Part shown: one piece after another, positions 63,893 to 64,000 of the stretch
How the letters are laid out: the number at the start of each line of letters is the position of its first letter
How positions within the stretch are numbered: the stretch's first letter is position 1
NCBI GenBank assembly: GCA_035295685.1
Contig: DATGIO010000222.1
Coordinates: 11,606-75,605, forward strand
Length of the DNA: 64,000 bases
Source of the DNA: Candidatus Angelobacter sp.
Lineage (GTDB): Bacteria > Acidobacteriota > Terriglobia > Terriglobales > Acidobacteriaceae
Direction: 5' to 3'
Position numbers and translations under genes: made by a program
The notes under the pieces: generated by a model
What the model was told of the DNA's origin: nothing
Seen by the model: only the letters and a program-made list of their open reading frames with translations
The model's database searches: none

Positions 63893-64000
63893 ATGACGCA
63901 CCAATTTCCCGGCTATGGGCTTTTCATCGGTGGGTTTAACGGGTTTTCGATCAACCAGTTACACGTGATCTATTATGGCCTCCTATGGGGAGGTGTCCGC
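63893..64000 (+). CDS. Start of a downstream gene, partial (hydrophobic N-terminus)
   Basis: The ATG lies 2 nt after the GntR stop and is preceded by AAGGAAG. It reads MTHQFPGYGLFIGGFNGFSINQLHVIYYGLLWGG and then runs off the window. Only 36 codons are visible. Confidence 0.4.
   Translation, partial: MTHQFPGYGLFIGGFNGFSINQLHVIYYGLLWGGVR

Overview
This is a 64-kb chromosomal segment of roughly 55-60% GC by eye. Its gene content looks Acidobacteriota-like: an ADOP-type duplicated MacB/FtsX permease, a CarboxypepD_reg-type TonB receptor, a signal-peptide DinB and a giant secreted PIG-L protein. That taxonomic call is inference only. I support about 49 protein genes and found no rRNA, tRNA, CRISPR array, transposase or integrase. 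Left part: a divergent envelope locus made of a GT4 glycosyltransferase, a 1400-aa TPR/beta-barrel exporter-like protein, a GT-C-like membrane protein and three translationally coupled anchored proteins. It is followed by a DUF2339/DUF3999-like pair, threonine dehydratase, threonine aldolase, hemW and a fabF-like KAS. Middle: an orphan ADOP permease, ABM, HDAC-like, MBL and zf-UBP genes, DUF5996 and ffh. Next comes about 19.5 kb of accessory-looking genes: a peroxiredoxin-like protein, DinB, a Cys/His-rich small ORF, a TonB receptor, a TetR-GyrI-DoxX operon, a disrupted pentapeptide-TIR gene, an MFS, APC and PIG-L operon, an AlkP-family enzyme and BluB. Only after that do rpsP-KH-rimM-trmD-rplS and rnhB appear. 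Right part: a lipoprotein, mltG, twin secreted amidohydrolases, acs, a YyaL-like thioredoxin-domain protein and a YtrA-like GntR regulator. The most unusual thing I can see directly is in the non-coding DNA. Almost every long spacer is tiled by at least four families of structured repeats, 19 loci in all and every one in the same orientation. Some carry compensatory stem changes, and some are followed by short phased arrays that overlap the stop codons of neighbouring genes. All functional calls come from reading the translations; no database search was run.
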